Shown piece by piece: positions 37,549-47,500 of a stretch of 64,000 nucleotides of DNA. The notes under the pieces were generated by a model. It did not search any database and was not told the DNA's origin. It saw only the letters and a program-made list of their open reading frames with translations. Position numbers and translations under genes: made by a program. Position 1 is the stretch's first letter. Every line of letters starts with the position of its first letter. The stretch covers positions 1 to 64,000 of the IMG/VR virus record IMGVR_UViG_3300012936_000005; one strand, written 5' to 3'. The DNA is from a virus.

Positions 37549-38463
37549 TTATAAACCGTCTGATGTGTTGAAAGTTGGCGCTGATATGTTAACACTACTA
37601 GAGTTGTTAGGTCTATTAAGCTGTGCTGTGCTTGTTGTAGTAGCTGTTACTGCTTCGTCAAAGTTTGGATTGCCTGTTTTATCTTCATTAAATGTAACTC
37701 TGAATGTTAGGACTGCTCCGTTCTTCCTTGCTTCAATAAGATAATCGTTTTGTGAATAAGCTGATGCTGTTTTATTAAAAATTGTTGTAAAGCCAGTAGG
37801 TAAGTTTGAATAACCAAAGTTTGTACCTACAGATCCATTCGATGTAGTACTTCTACCAAATACAACTGTACCTACACTAGTCATTAAGTTACGCCAGTCA
37901 TTGTTAATAGTACTGTTACCTGAACCAATTGTTCCACTTATATTTACACTACCACCTGCATTAAAAAATACACGCATATGATCTGCACCACTTACTGTAG
38001 TTGTTGACCCGTCACCGTTAGTTACACTATATCCGCCAAATGTTACTGTAAATGTATGGTTAATATCAGTTGACCAATCTGCGTTTCTTATACTTTCTGT
38101 GCCATCTTGCAGTCCTAATTGGCTTGCCGCCGCACTTAATCTTGATGCTTGGCAGGTTGTACTTAAACTTTCATATTGTACATAACCTTCTTTACTAGTA
38201 GCGTTTGAATCTTCTATTGTATCGCCTACACTAGGCTGTGCAATTTCACTTGGTACAGTACCAGTTTGGTGTAATCTAATCTTAGTCATATCAGTAAACA
38301 GATTTGTCATATCTTGAGCTGTAACTGTTGCTCCAACCGCAACTGTTTGACTTGCTCTAGCTTGACCGTAACCTTCGTCACCTGAACCTAAACCAATAAC
38401 TGCCGCTACTCTTGCTTGGATAATGTTGTACCGCGCCGCGGTAATTGTGTCGCCTACTGCCAT
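37549..38463 (-). CDS. virion structural / fibre-associated protein
   Basis: G/S/T/N-rich, repeated VGxT(I/V) motif, last gene of the fibre series. Confidence 0.55.
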   Translation of the reverse strand: MAVGDTITAARYNIIQARVAAVIGLGSGDEGYGQARASQTVAVGATVTAQDMTNLFTDMTKIRLHQTGTVPSEIAQPSVGDTIEDSNATSKEGYVQYESLSTTCQASRLSAAASQLGLQDGTESIRNADWSTDINHTFTVTFGGYSVTNGDGSTTTVSGADHMRVFFNAGGSVNISGTIGSGNSTINNDWRNLMTSVGTVVFGRSTTSNGSVGTNFGYSNLPTGFTTIFNKTASAYSQNDYLIEARKNGAVLTFRVTFNEDKTGNPNFDEAVTATTTSTAQLNRPNNSSSVNISAPTFNTSDGL

Positions 38464-38479
38464 ATTACTTCCTTTTTAA

Positions 38480-38487
38480 TACTTATA
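38480..38487 (-). promoter_or_regulatory. late promoter variant TATAAGTA
   Basis: Overlaps the upstream stop, 16 nt before ATG 38463. Confidence 0.5.
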
Positions 38488-39979
38488 CTTTAAGTACACA
38501 CTCGATAAGTTTTTCTGACTCGTCAGTACTTGATTCTAAAGCTATTCCTACTAATGCTGTAGTTTGTACTGTTGAGCATACTCCATCTTCCCAAGCGTAA
38601 ACTGCTTCGCCCTTCTTAACAACGCCTTTGCAACGCACCGGTACACGACCTTTAAGTCCGATTGCTTGTCCTTCTGCTTCACTATTCATTAAGTAAGCAG
38701 GTTCAGCTGAAACAACACCAATTGGCATTGAACTTGATTTTGCACTGATACATTCGTGATCATTTTCGTCACCAAAGTCAACTGCTACTGCTGTACCTAC
38801 TGGATACTCTTCTGCTGTTGTATATTTCTCTGCTAAGTCAGCATATCTTGCACTTGTTGATATACCGTTAAAAACGTTTGCGGCAATATTACCGCTTGAG
38901 TCACGTACTGCAACTGTGTTATTTGTTGCGTTAACGTCACCTGTTCTATAATTACTACCAACTTGAAGTGCAATAGCTTGTGTTGCTAATCCGTTAAATG
39001 AAGTTGCATATATATTTCTCCATTTATAATTTGCATCACCAATATCATACGTTGATGTTGTAGTTGGGATCATTCCTGAAGACTGAATTTGGAATACTTC
39101 AGTTGTTACGCCTCCTGGCGACTTAACTCTAAATCTAATTTTTTGTCCTACAGTGTTTTCTATAATAGCTTCGTTACCTGCACCAGCTGAATCTACAAAT
39201 ATTTTTAAATCATTTGCCGCGCCAACTGTATATCCATCATCTGAAAATCTAACAGTTTCGCCAAATGAACTTTCTTGCCCTGGTGTGTTCTGTACGAAGT
39301 TTGCCGCACTAACACCGCCTAGTGATTCAGCGTTTGTTGCTGTTCCGTGAAATCTATGTGCTGAACTTGTAATACCGTTTGTAGAACTTGTTGTATTTCT
39401 TAGGGTTACACCTTGACGAACTACATCAAAACCAGTAATGGCATTGGCTGGATCTGTTGTATCAATAGTAAATTCTGCGTTGCTTACAATAAACACAACG
39501 CCATCGTCAACTGTACCTTTAATAATTGTTCTATTAACTTGATTGTTGTCACGTACTTGTGCAGTAACCATAGCACTTACAGTTTCGCCTATTGACTGTG
39601 GACCAATTAGGACAAATCCACCGTCAGCGTTTTGTGCATATAGCTGATTGTTGCCGCTATCCCACCAAAAATCACCTGTTGTTAAACCAACTGGTTGTGT
39701 AGTGCCTACTTCTGCACCACCTGTTGTTCTAAATTGTGTGCCATCATAGAACTTTAATTTCTTTAATGAACTATCAAACCAAACCTGTCCTGATAATGGA
39801 CCTGCTGGCGCATTTCCACTAGCAAAACTTTCTAGTAAATGGATAAAGTTTTCGTTCTGTATCTCACCGTAACCAGCATAGTTCTTACCTACTAATTTAA
39901 GCGAAGTACTCTGATCAATGGTGCCGTCCTCAACAGTAACTAACGACCCTCCATTTGTTAAATTTATTACGTATGCCAT
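38483..39979 (-). CDS. tail fibre-like protein with C-terminal chaperone/peptidase G2-like domain
   Basis: Shared N-domain (GKNY.GYGE..NENF..LLE.FA, GQ.W.D); C-terminal YADLAE..GVVS..P..GRVPV. Confidence 0.75.
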   Translation of the reverse strand: MAYVINLTNGGSLVTVEDGTIDQSTSLKLVGKNYAGYGEIQNENFIHLLESFASGNAPAGPLSGQVWFDSSLKKLKFYDGTQFRTTGGAEVGTTQPVGLTTGDFWWDSGNNQLYAQNADGGFVLIGPQSIGETVSAMVTAQVRDNNQVNRTIIKGTVDDGVVFIVSNAEFTIDTTDPANAITGFDVVRQGVTLRNTTSSTNGITSSAHRFHGTATNAESLGGVSAANFVQNTPGQESSFGETVRFSDDGYTVGAANDLKIFVDSAGAGNEAIIENTVGQKIRFRVKSPGGVTTEVFQIQSSGMIPTTTSTYDIGDANYKWRNIYATSFNGLATQAIALQVGSNYRTGDVNATNNTVAVRDSSGNIAANVFNGISTSARYADLAEKYTTAEEYPVGTAVAVDFGDENDHECISAKSSSMPIGVVSAEPAYLMNSEAEGQAIGLKGRVPVRCKGVVKKGEAVYAWEDGVCSTVQTTALVGIALESSTDESEKLIECVLKV

Positions 39980-39996
39980 TTATTAACCCCTAATTG

Positions 39997-40018
39997 TGTT
40001 ATATGTATTTATATCAAA
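39997..40018 (-). repeat. 22-bp element containing late promoter TATAAATA (copy 2)
   Basis: Reverse complement is TTTGATATAAATACATATAACA, identical to 6672-6693. Confidence 0.8.
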
Positions 40019-41850
40019 GTCCCCGGAGTCAAGTCTTGCACATAAGTCCAGGCTCCTGCTGTAACTCTGAATAATTTAAGTGTTCTTGTTACTGTACTTG
40101 TAATATTACCAGTAGCATCGTTAAATGTAGCACTTTGAATAACACTTACAGAGCCATCGTCGTTGCCACTATTGTCTTTTTGCTGTACTAGTACTGTACT
40201 TTCATTAAATGCAGTGTTCAAAGCAGAACCTGTAAGCGTTGCTGTAGCACCTGTAGTAGTTGTACAGTGTATTCTAGCTTCGGTACCGTTCTGTTTTGAG
40301 ATTGCTGGAGAAATATCATTCAAAATTGTAGCTATATTTGTATGTTGTTGTGCAGTTCCTGATCCTCCTAGCCCTGTTACATCTAAAGCAAGTGATAAAA
40401 CTTCTAAATTTATGCTAGAATCCACATATGCTTTTGTTGCTACGTCTTGATCTGCTGTTGGATCACTAACATTTCTAATTTGTCTTGGTGTAACTAAGTT
40501 GATATTACCAGCCGCTGTAATATTCATACCGTTTCCGCTACCATCAACTGTTGTAGTAGATAAGTTATTACCACCTGTAAAACTAAAACTACCAATATTT
40601 GCTGATGTTAATGCACCAATACTTGTAATACCAACACCAGCAGAGCCAGTAATGATATCAACACCGTTAAATTTAAGGGAACTTGCACCTGTTAAGTTAA
40701 TACTAACATTAGACGTCCAAGCGTTTGTAGAATTACGCCATAAAAGTTCTTTATTACCATTAGATGATGCTACTATAATACCTGCTTCGTCAACTCCTGA
40801 ATCATCTAGCAGTGTACTATCGTCACCTTTTGCAAGTTCAATGCTTTTATCTCTTACCAATAATTTTTGTACATCAAGTTCTGTAGTATCTCCGTCCACT
40901 ATTAAGTTTCCTGCAACACGCATGTTACCACCAACATCTAAAGTTTGTGTTGGATTAGTGTTAAAAATACCTATTCTACTATTTCCAGAATCAATAGTCA
41001 TTGCATCTGTTTTACCAGTGCTAGTTGTCATTCTAAATGTATAATTTTGTCCTGAAACTTGGTTCTCGTTTACAACTCCTTCTGCTGTAACTTTTACCAC
41101 ATTGTTATCAGTAAGTCCAATAGTCAGTCCATTGTTATTTCTAACTGTTAATGCTCCTGATGTTGCATCATCAGAGTCACTAGCAAGGAACTGTGCCGCT
41201 GTTCTTGATATATTGTTACTATCAACTAGTGCTGATGTTCTAGTTGCTGTACCTGCAAAAACAAAATCTGAGTCAACAACGTTAAATCCTTTTACAACGT
41301 CTCCTGTATACCCTGGAATAGTATCTACGTTTTGTGGAGTAAATCCAATTTTGCTCCATAGCCCAACAAATGTTCCACCTACCCAATATTTTACAATAGT
41401 TCTACTTGTTCCTGTGTTATCAAGTACTGTTATTACCTCAGGTCCTGACTTACCTTGGAACGCATTATAAATTGGTCCTGCTAATTCTAAATCCGTACCA
41501 TCAAAAAAGTAAAGTTGGTTAGCATCGTTATCAATCCACATGTCACCTGCAACCATTGTTGGCTGTGTAGGTTGTACAATCGGTCCACCGCCGGTAGTCC
41601 AATCTGTACCTGTGTAAACTTTTAATCTACTGTTTGAAGTATCCCACCAAATTTGACCTGCTAAAGGATTGGATGGTGAACCTGTTCCAGCAAAATTTTC
41701 TAGCATCTTAACAAAGTTTTCGTTTATGCTTTCGCCAAACCCTGTATAGTTTTTACCTATTAGTGTGATATCTGTTGATATTGTATCTATTTGCCCGTCT
41801 GCTAGGTTTACAAGTAACGCTCCGCTTGTCTTATTAATTTGATATGCCAT
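40009..41850 (-). CDS. tail fibre-like protein
   Basis: Same N-domain as 38483 and 41852; RIGIFNTNP..LDV.G and DPT..QDVATKAYVD fibre motifs. Confidence 0.8.
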   Translation of the reverse strand: MAYQINKTSGALLVNLADGQIDTISTDITLIGKNYTGFGESINENFVKMLENFAGTGSPSNPLAGQIWWDTSNSRLKVYTGTDWTTGGGPIVQPTQPTMVAGDMWIDNDANQLYFFDGTDLELAGPIYNAFQGKSGPEVITVLDNTGTSRTIVKYWVGGTFVGLWSKIGFTPQNVDTIPGYTGDVVKGFNVVDSDFVFAGTATRTSALVDSNNISRTAAQFLASDSDDATSGALTVRNNNGLTIGLTDNNVVKVTAEGVVNENQVSGQNYTFRMTTSTGKTDAMTIDSGNSRIGIFNTNPTQTLDVGGNMRVAGNLIVDGDTTELDVQKLLVRDKSIELAKGDDSTLLDDSGVDEAGIIVASSNGNKELLWRNSTNAWTSNVSINLTGASSLKFNGVDIITGSAGVGITSIGALTSANIGSFSFTGGNNLSTTTVDGSGNGMNITAAGNINLVTPRQIRNVSDPTADQDVATKAYVDSSINLEVLSLALDVTGLGGSGTAQQHTNIATILNDISPAISKQNGTEARIHCTTTTGATATLTGSALNTAFNESTVLVQQKDNSGNDDGSVSVIQSATFNDATGNITSTVTRTLKLFRVTAGAWTYVQDLTPGTLI

Positions 41851-41851
41851 A

Positions 41852-43933
41852 TTAGCCCCCGACTCCTGTGTAGATAATGTATTTGACTGTTAAGAACGGA
41901 TTCATAACATTATATGGAGTGCCTAGTTCTGTAATATCAAATGTTTCAAATTCTTCTAAACCTGTATTTTGATTGTATTGAATATTTCTTCTGTTTAACA
42001 CACCACCTGATGATGTACGTGCTTGTCCAGCACCAGAACCTGTTGGAGCATCATACGGTATAGTATCAGCATCTTGCTGTGTACCACTATCGTCTAATAT
42101 GACATAGAACTGAGCACCTTTGGGTGATCTTAAATCATGTTCGTGTTCAGGTAAGTTTTTAACATCAATAGATCTGCTTTCAACTCCTGAACCTAGTCCT
42201 ACTGTATCAGCATTAGCATCTGTAACTCTGTTTGCACTCGATCCGCCCATATTATCTGCACCTAAGGCAAATCTACCTCTAAAGTCTGGTAGTCCAAAAA
42301 ATCCTGACTGTACTTGGCTTTGGTCTTTGAATTGATACTGAATACTATTGTACAAACTTAAATAATCTGCGATTCTAACTTCTGTACCATCACATAGTAA
42401 CCATCCTGCTGGAGTATTAACTCCACCAAATGGAACAATAGTACCAATTGGAATTACCGGCACACTACTTACTAGTGCCGCTTGTGATATTTTAAATACA
42501 CCTGTGTCATCACCTGAAATTCTGTTAATAATTATTTCATCATCATTATTAGGTTGTGTTGCAAGAGTTTTGTTTGCAATAAAAGTATTACTAATTGCAG
42601 TATTAAATGTTTTTGTTGTTCCGCCAACCTGTCCATCAAATGTAATTTGGTTTGAACTTACATCTCCAGTAAGTTGAAATGTTGATGCACTTGTTAATTT
42701 ATTTGCGTTTGTTGCACCACCTGTAACTGTACCTGTAATATTACCAATTAAGTTTCCTCTAAACTCAACAGCATGTACAGCTGACCAACGCTTGTCACTT
42801 GTTCCTAAAGAATATGTTTGAGTTGCTATAGGTGTTATTGCTCCAACTGTACTTGATCCTGCAACATTTAAATCTGTGCCTACAAATAGTTTCTTAGCAA
42901 TACCAACACCACCGCTTATTTTTACAGCACCAGTACCAATACTTGCACTATCTGTGGTACCTTGTACAATTAAATTTGCACTTGTTTGTATTGAACCTGC
43001 TACGTCTAATGCTTCTGCAGGTGATAATGTATTGATACCTACTTTTTCTGTAGAGTCAATTCTAATTACATTTGCTTGCACACCTAAGTTATTAACCTTA
43101 AAGTCAATTGGTGCACCTGAAGTTAAGTTAGTTACAACTCCTGATGTACCTTGGACATCAAAAGTAACAATAGCATCTTGTCCTACTTGTATACCAGAGT
43201 TATTACTAATTGTTAATTTTTGTGATGATGTACTTGCTACATCTGATCTTAAAAAATTAGACGAAGCTACACTTGCTCCTGCTACCACTAAATTTTCTGC
43301 TTTTTCACTTGTGCCAAAATATTTTCCAATACCGTCACCACCGATATTTGCATTAGATAAATTTAATCCTGGCTGTATAATTGTAAATCCTGGAATAGTA
43401 CTCTTAGGTTGGAATGTTCTTGTAGAATAAATTGCAATAGGATTACCGCCTACTTCAAGTTGTAAAATAGTATAAAGTACTTCATCTTTACCTGTAACAA
43501 CAACTGGCTTCGCACCTGTTAAAAGTCCATCACTGTACTCAGGTCCGACTAGTGTCCATCCACTACCTGTAAAGATATACAACTGATTGTTGTCAGTATC
43601 AGACCAAAGGTCTCCTTGTAGTGCATTTGCAACGTCTGGCGCATTGTTTCCTTTTTTAAGTCCACTTGCATTTACCCAGCTAGTACCGTCATATAATTTT
43701 AAAGTATCAACTCCTGTTGAACTATCATACCATAACTGTCCTTGTACAGGGTTACGTGGTGCTGATGTATTTGCAAAATTTTCTAGTAGCTTAAGAAAGC
43801 TCTCTGCTATAACTGACCCATAACTAGTTGTGTTACGTCCAGGAATATCTAAACTTGTTTGCTGGTTAATTGTGCTATCTTCAATTGAGATAGTTCCCTT
43901 GTTAGTATCTGAGTAGTTAATTGTATAAGCCAT
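41852..43933 (-). CDS. tail fibre / baseplate fibre with tail collar domain
   Basis: PIGTIVPFGG..PAGWLLCDG..F.LPD.RGRF..G, HEH, N..P....YII collar motifs. Confidence 0.85.
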   Translation of the reverse strand: MAYTINYSDTNKGTISIEDSTINQQTSLDIPGRNTTSYGSVIAESFLKLLENFANTSAPRNPVQGQLWYDSSTGVDTLKLYDGTSWVNASGLKKGNNAPDVANALQGDLWSDTDNNQLYIFTGSGWTLVGPEYSDGLLTGAKPVVVTGKDEVLYTILQLEVGGNPIAIYSTRTFQPKSTIPGFTIIQPGLNLSNANIGGDGIGKYFGTSEKAENLVVAGASVASSNFLRSDVASTSSQKLTISNNSGIQVGQDAIVTFDVQGTSGVVTNLTSGAPIDFKVNNLGVQANVIRIDSTEKVGINTLSPAEALDVAGSIQTSANLIVQGTTDSASIGTGAVKISGGVGIAKKLFVGTDLNVAGSSTVGAITPIATQTYSLGTSDKRWSAVHAVEFRGNLIGNITGTVTGGATNANKLTSASTFQLTGDVSSNQITFDGQVGGTTKTFNTAISNTFIANKTLATQPNNDDEIIINRISGDDTGVFKISQAALVSSVPVIPIGTIVPFGGVNTPAGWLLCDGTEVRIADYLSLYNSIQYQFKDQSQVQSGFFGLPDFRGRFALGADNMGGSSANRVTDANADTVGLGSGVESRSIDVKNLPEHEHDLRSPKGAQFYVILDDSGTQQDADTIPYDAPTGSGAGQARTSSGGVLNRRNIQYNQNTGLEEFETFDITELGTPYNVMNPFLTVKYIIYTGVGG

Positions 43934-44544
43934 TATTCACTAAATCCTGACAAACTTTGTACACGCACAGTATAGTCAATTTGAATTAATCTATTCAAAC
44001 TTTTTTGTACTGGGTGGAAAATTACATGTGTTAACAGTCTGCCTTGTCCTGATGGGCTATAACTTACAAGTCCTAGTTCATCAAATACATACAAACTGTC
44101 AGCGTTCGTTGCGTTATCAACAGCATCTTGTCCTGAAGGTTCACCATAATCAAGTAAACAACTTACAACAATATCTGTATAGTTAGTACCACTTACGTGC
44201 CTTGATTCAATTTTATTTCTTGCAGGATCAGTGTTATTAACACTTCTATCATCAACAACTTTAATAAATGTTTGGTTATAAAGACTAGCGTTAGTGCCTG
44301 TACTGTTAGGTGTAAGGTATGTAATAATTCCAGTAGGGTCAATGCTAGTTCCACCATTACCAAATGCCATTTGATAGATAGTTCCTTGTCCTGCATTTGC
44401 TAAACTTTCTGCGAGCGAAATACTCATATTCTCGTAGTGAATAGCATTACGTTTATCAACAATAACTTCGCCCGTTTTAGCGTCGGTTATCTTAATATGT
44501 CCTTGGAGCATTACTCCGTTTTCTTCTTTAATGTTGTCAATCAT
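43933..44544 (-). CDS. baseplate/tail-associated structural protein
   Basis: Position in tail operon; MAFGNGG, FDELGL. Confidence 0.55.
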   Translation of the reverse strand: MIDNIKEENGVMLQGHIKITDAKTGEVIVDKRNAIHYENMSISLAESLANAGQGTIYQMAFGNGGTSIDPTGIITYLTPNSTGTNASLYNQTFIKVVDDRSVNNTDPARNKIESRHVSGTNYTDIVVSCLLDYGEPSGQDAVDNATNADSLYVFDELGLVSYSPSGQGRLLTHVIFHPVQKSLNRLIQIDYTVRVQSLSGFSE

Positions 44545-44561
44545 ACCTTTGTCCTATACTG

Positions 44562-44568
44562 TATTTAT
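44562..44568 (-). promoter_or_regulatory. late promoter-like ATAAATA
   Basis: Overlaps the stop of the giant gene, upstream of 44544. Confidence 0.5.
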
Positions 44569-47500
44569 TTGGGTAGCTCCACCTTTTCTGCCTTAAAGAA
44601 ACGTGCTACCAAACTTTCCGCATCATTAAGTGAAATTCCTGGGTCTGTCCAGCGTTTTCCTTGTCTTCTTACAATTTTTATCTTTGCATTCACTGCTGGT
44701 GTATTTAACAGAGTAAGTGCTGGCGTTGTGCCGTCTACTGAAAACTCTGCTGGAGCAGTTTCGTCTGCTTCGGGTGAATCTTGATCTAGTGCAGGATTAA
44801 ACATTTGTATAGCGTTTTTACGCAATCTTTTACCTGCTACAAACACTTCAAACTCATTAGTGTTTTTAGGAGTAAATCCTAAAGGAAATACTGTAGTAGA
44901 ACCGTCACCTATTTGCTCGTCTACAATAGTTTGATCTGCATATGGTGCTGTCTGTGTAGATCCTTGATTATATACATCACTTCCTGCTTCGTGAACGCTT
45001 GCTACACCTGTTCCAAGTGTTCCTCTCTGTATTTGACGTAATACATTGCCTTGTTTTATTAAAAATTCAATACGCTCACCGTTTATGAAAATAATACCCG
45101 GGATACTACTATTTTTATCCGGAGTACTAATTGCACTTGCATCATCTAAGAAAATTTCTTTATCAAAAGTTTTTAAATCTTTTGCTAATTTAAGTGGAGC
45201 AACATCTCCAAGTCTTTTGTAAATATTTCTGTTTAGAATATCTTTAAATTGACTGAATCCAAAGTTTGAGCTTATTTCACCTTGGGCACTAAATTGTATA
45301 ACTTCAACTACATCATTATCTGCAAATGAACCTTTGTATTTTACAAAATTCTTATCTTCAGTAAGTTTATAATCGACACTTGGCGTTTGTAATACGCCGT
45401 TGACTGTTAACCAAACATATTGGGCATCAATAGCAGGATATCTTAATTTTACTAATCCTGCTTTTATATGATTAAATTGTATATGATCGTCTGTGCCAAC
45501 AGTAACTGGTGTTCTTGCAATAACATCAAAGTTCTGTCTTTCAAAATCCATACTGTCATGTTTGTTAAATGTGTAAACTGTTAATTTTTGTCCTTCAGCA
45601 GGTGCTGTTTTTAATTGTAAATCTGCACCACTGTCTACCCAAGTTAGATTAGAATTAATAGTTTGTACACTACCAAAGGCATAGTCGCCGTCTGTTCTTA
45701 AATAAACTTCTAAAATATCACCTTCTCGACCTATTCCTGGCTCAAGTATAACACTACTATTTGCAGGACGTAGATTATATTCAACTGCAATAGTAAGTTC
45801 TTTACCATTGAGTAATATTAGTATATCTTTAGCTTGGAAACTTCCAATCGGTGATTGCCACAACTCTAAGAAGTATTCTCTCTGTGCTAATTTACAATTA
45901 AACTGTTGATTGTAACCAGGATTTAATATTTTATTATCTAGTTTAACAATAACATTATGACTGTTTGGTTTTGAACTGTAAGGTGTTTTATCTAATGAAA
46001 ATACTTTTGTGCTTCCGTCTCCAACAAACTCAGTAGTTTCAATTTTACTAAAACTATCAACTGAAGTGTATACAGCATAATTTATAATACTATTATCTGG
46101 TGGAGGACTACCAAAAACTATCATTGCCTTAGGATCTTCGCCTGAACTATCACCTGTAGATGTTAAGACTGATTCTACTAATACACCGTTTACTGTAGCA
46201 TAATAATCTAATTTGCTATCATAATGTATTTTAGTTACATATGCATTAGTACTACCGTCGCCAATAAACTGACTTTGTTCTATAGCGTTTGTACCGTTAC
46301 CACTAATTGAAACAATGTTAACTTCTTGATTTGCATTAGGCACTGTGTCAAATGTAATTGTTTTTAATCTATAATCTACTTTATATAATGTTTGAGCTTG
46401 AATTACATCATCTAGCTTAACTATTAATGCATCTTTGTTTTGAGGTTGTATTCCAAAATTAAATTTATTTGTAACGCCGTCTGTTCTATAAGAATTGCTA
46501 GATAATACACTACCTCCATCTTTTGGACGATGAAATACTCTAATATCCAAAGTATCTAATACTTGTCCTGGAACTTGTTCCTCAGGGCCTTTTGATGTTG
46601 TTGGGCTTACAAAATCATCACCATCTACAATTATCTCTTCAGGGTTAATCCCTTTTGCTGTACTAAATGCAAAGTCGCCACCTCTTAGAATTGTATCATA
46701 TGATCTTGGATCAGGTAAGAAAGAACCATCCGATGTAGTTTTTCTAAACACTATAATATCATTTGGACTTGTGCTTATTAGTTCTTCGTCAAATACTATT
46801 ATATCATTTCCTAGTGTGCCTGCATCATCATATAAAGCAACACCAGTTTGTCCTGCTCCTGTAACACTTTGCATTACTGCTCTAGTATTAGTTACAGGAT
46901 TACTTGTTCCGTAGTTTGGATCATCTAATCTAACTCCGTTTTTATAAACATTATATACTGCACCAGCTTCTAACGGTTTTACAAAATTTAACACTCTTGT
47001 ACTGTCATCACCAATTTGGAATATTTCATCCTCAAAGGTAGTATCAAATGTGTCATATGTTGTAGTAAACCATTCGTCTGCGTCCCAACCTGTACCTGTT
47101 CCAAAGTCAAAACTACTTACTTCTACACCGCCATAATCAATACCATCTAATAACTGAGCTAAATCATTACCATACATTCCTGATGTTGGATTATAATAAA
47201 GATTAATTCTGTCTTGTGCTTGTAATAATTCAGGCGCCTTATTATAGGTAATAACTACTGATTGATTAATAGCAAGTGCATTAGTAAATGTAATCCTACC
47301 ATAACTTCTAGTATATCCTTTTGAAGTGTCGGTAATATTTGTAAATGAATATTCACTGCGTAATGCTTCTAGCCCACCAACTGTAACTTTAATTTGTGTA
47401 GACTTTAACTGCATAGGCCATTTTAAATTAAATATCTGTTGATCTAATGTACTTGTAAATGTTTGTGTTTCTCCTAGTGTCTGGAATAGATACGTACCAG

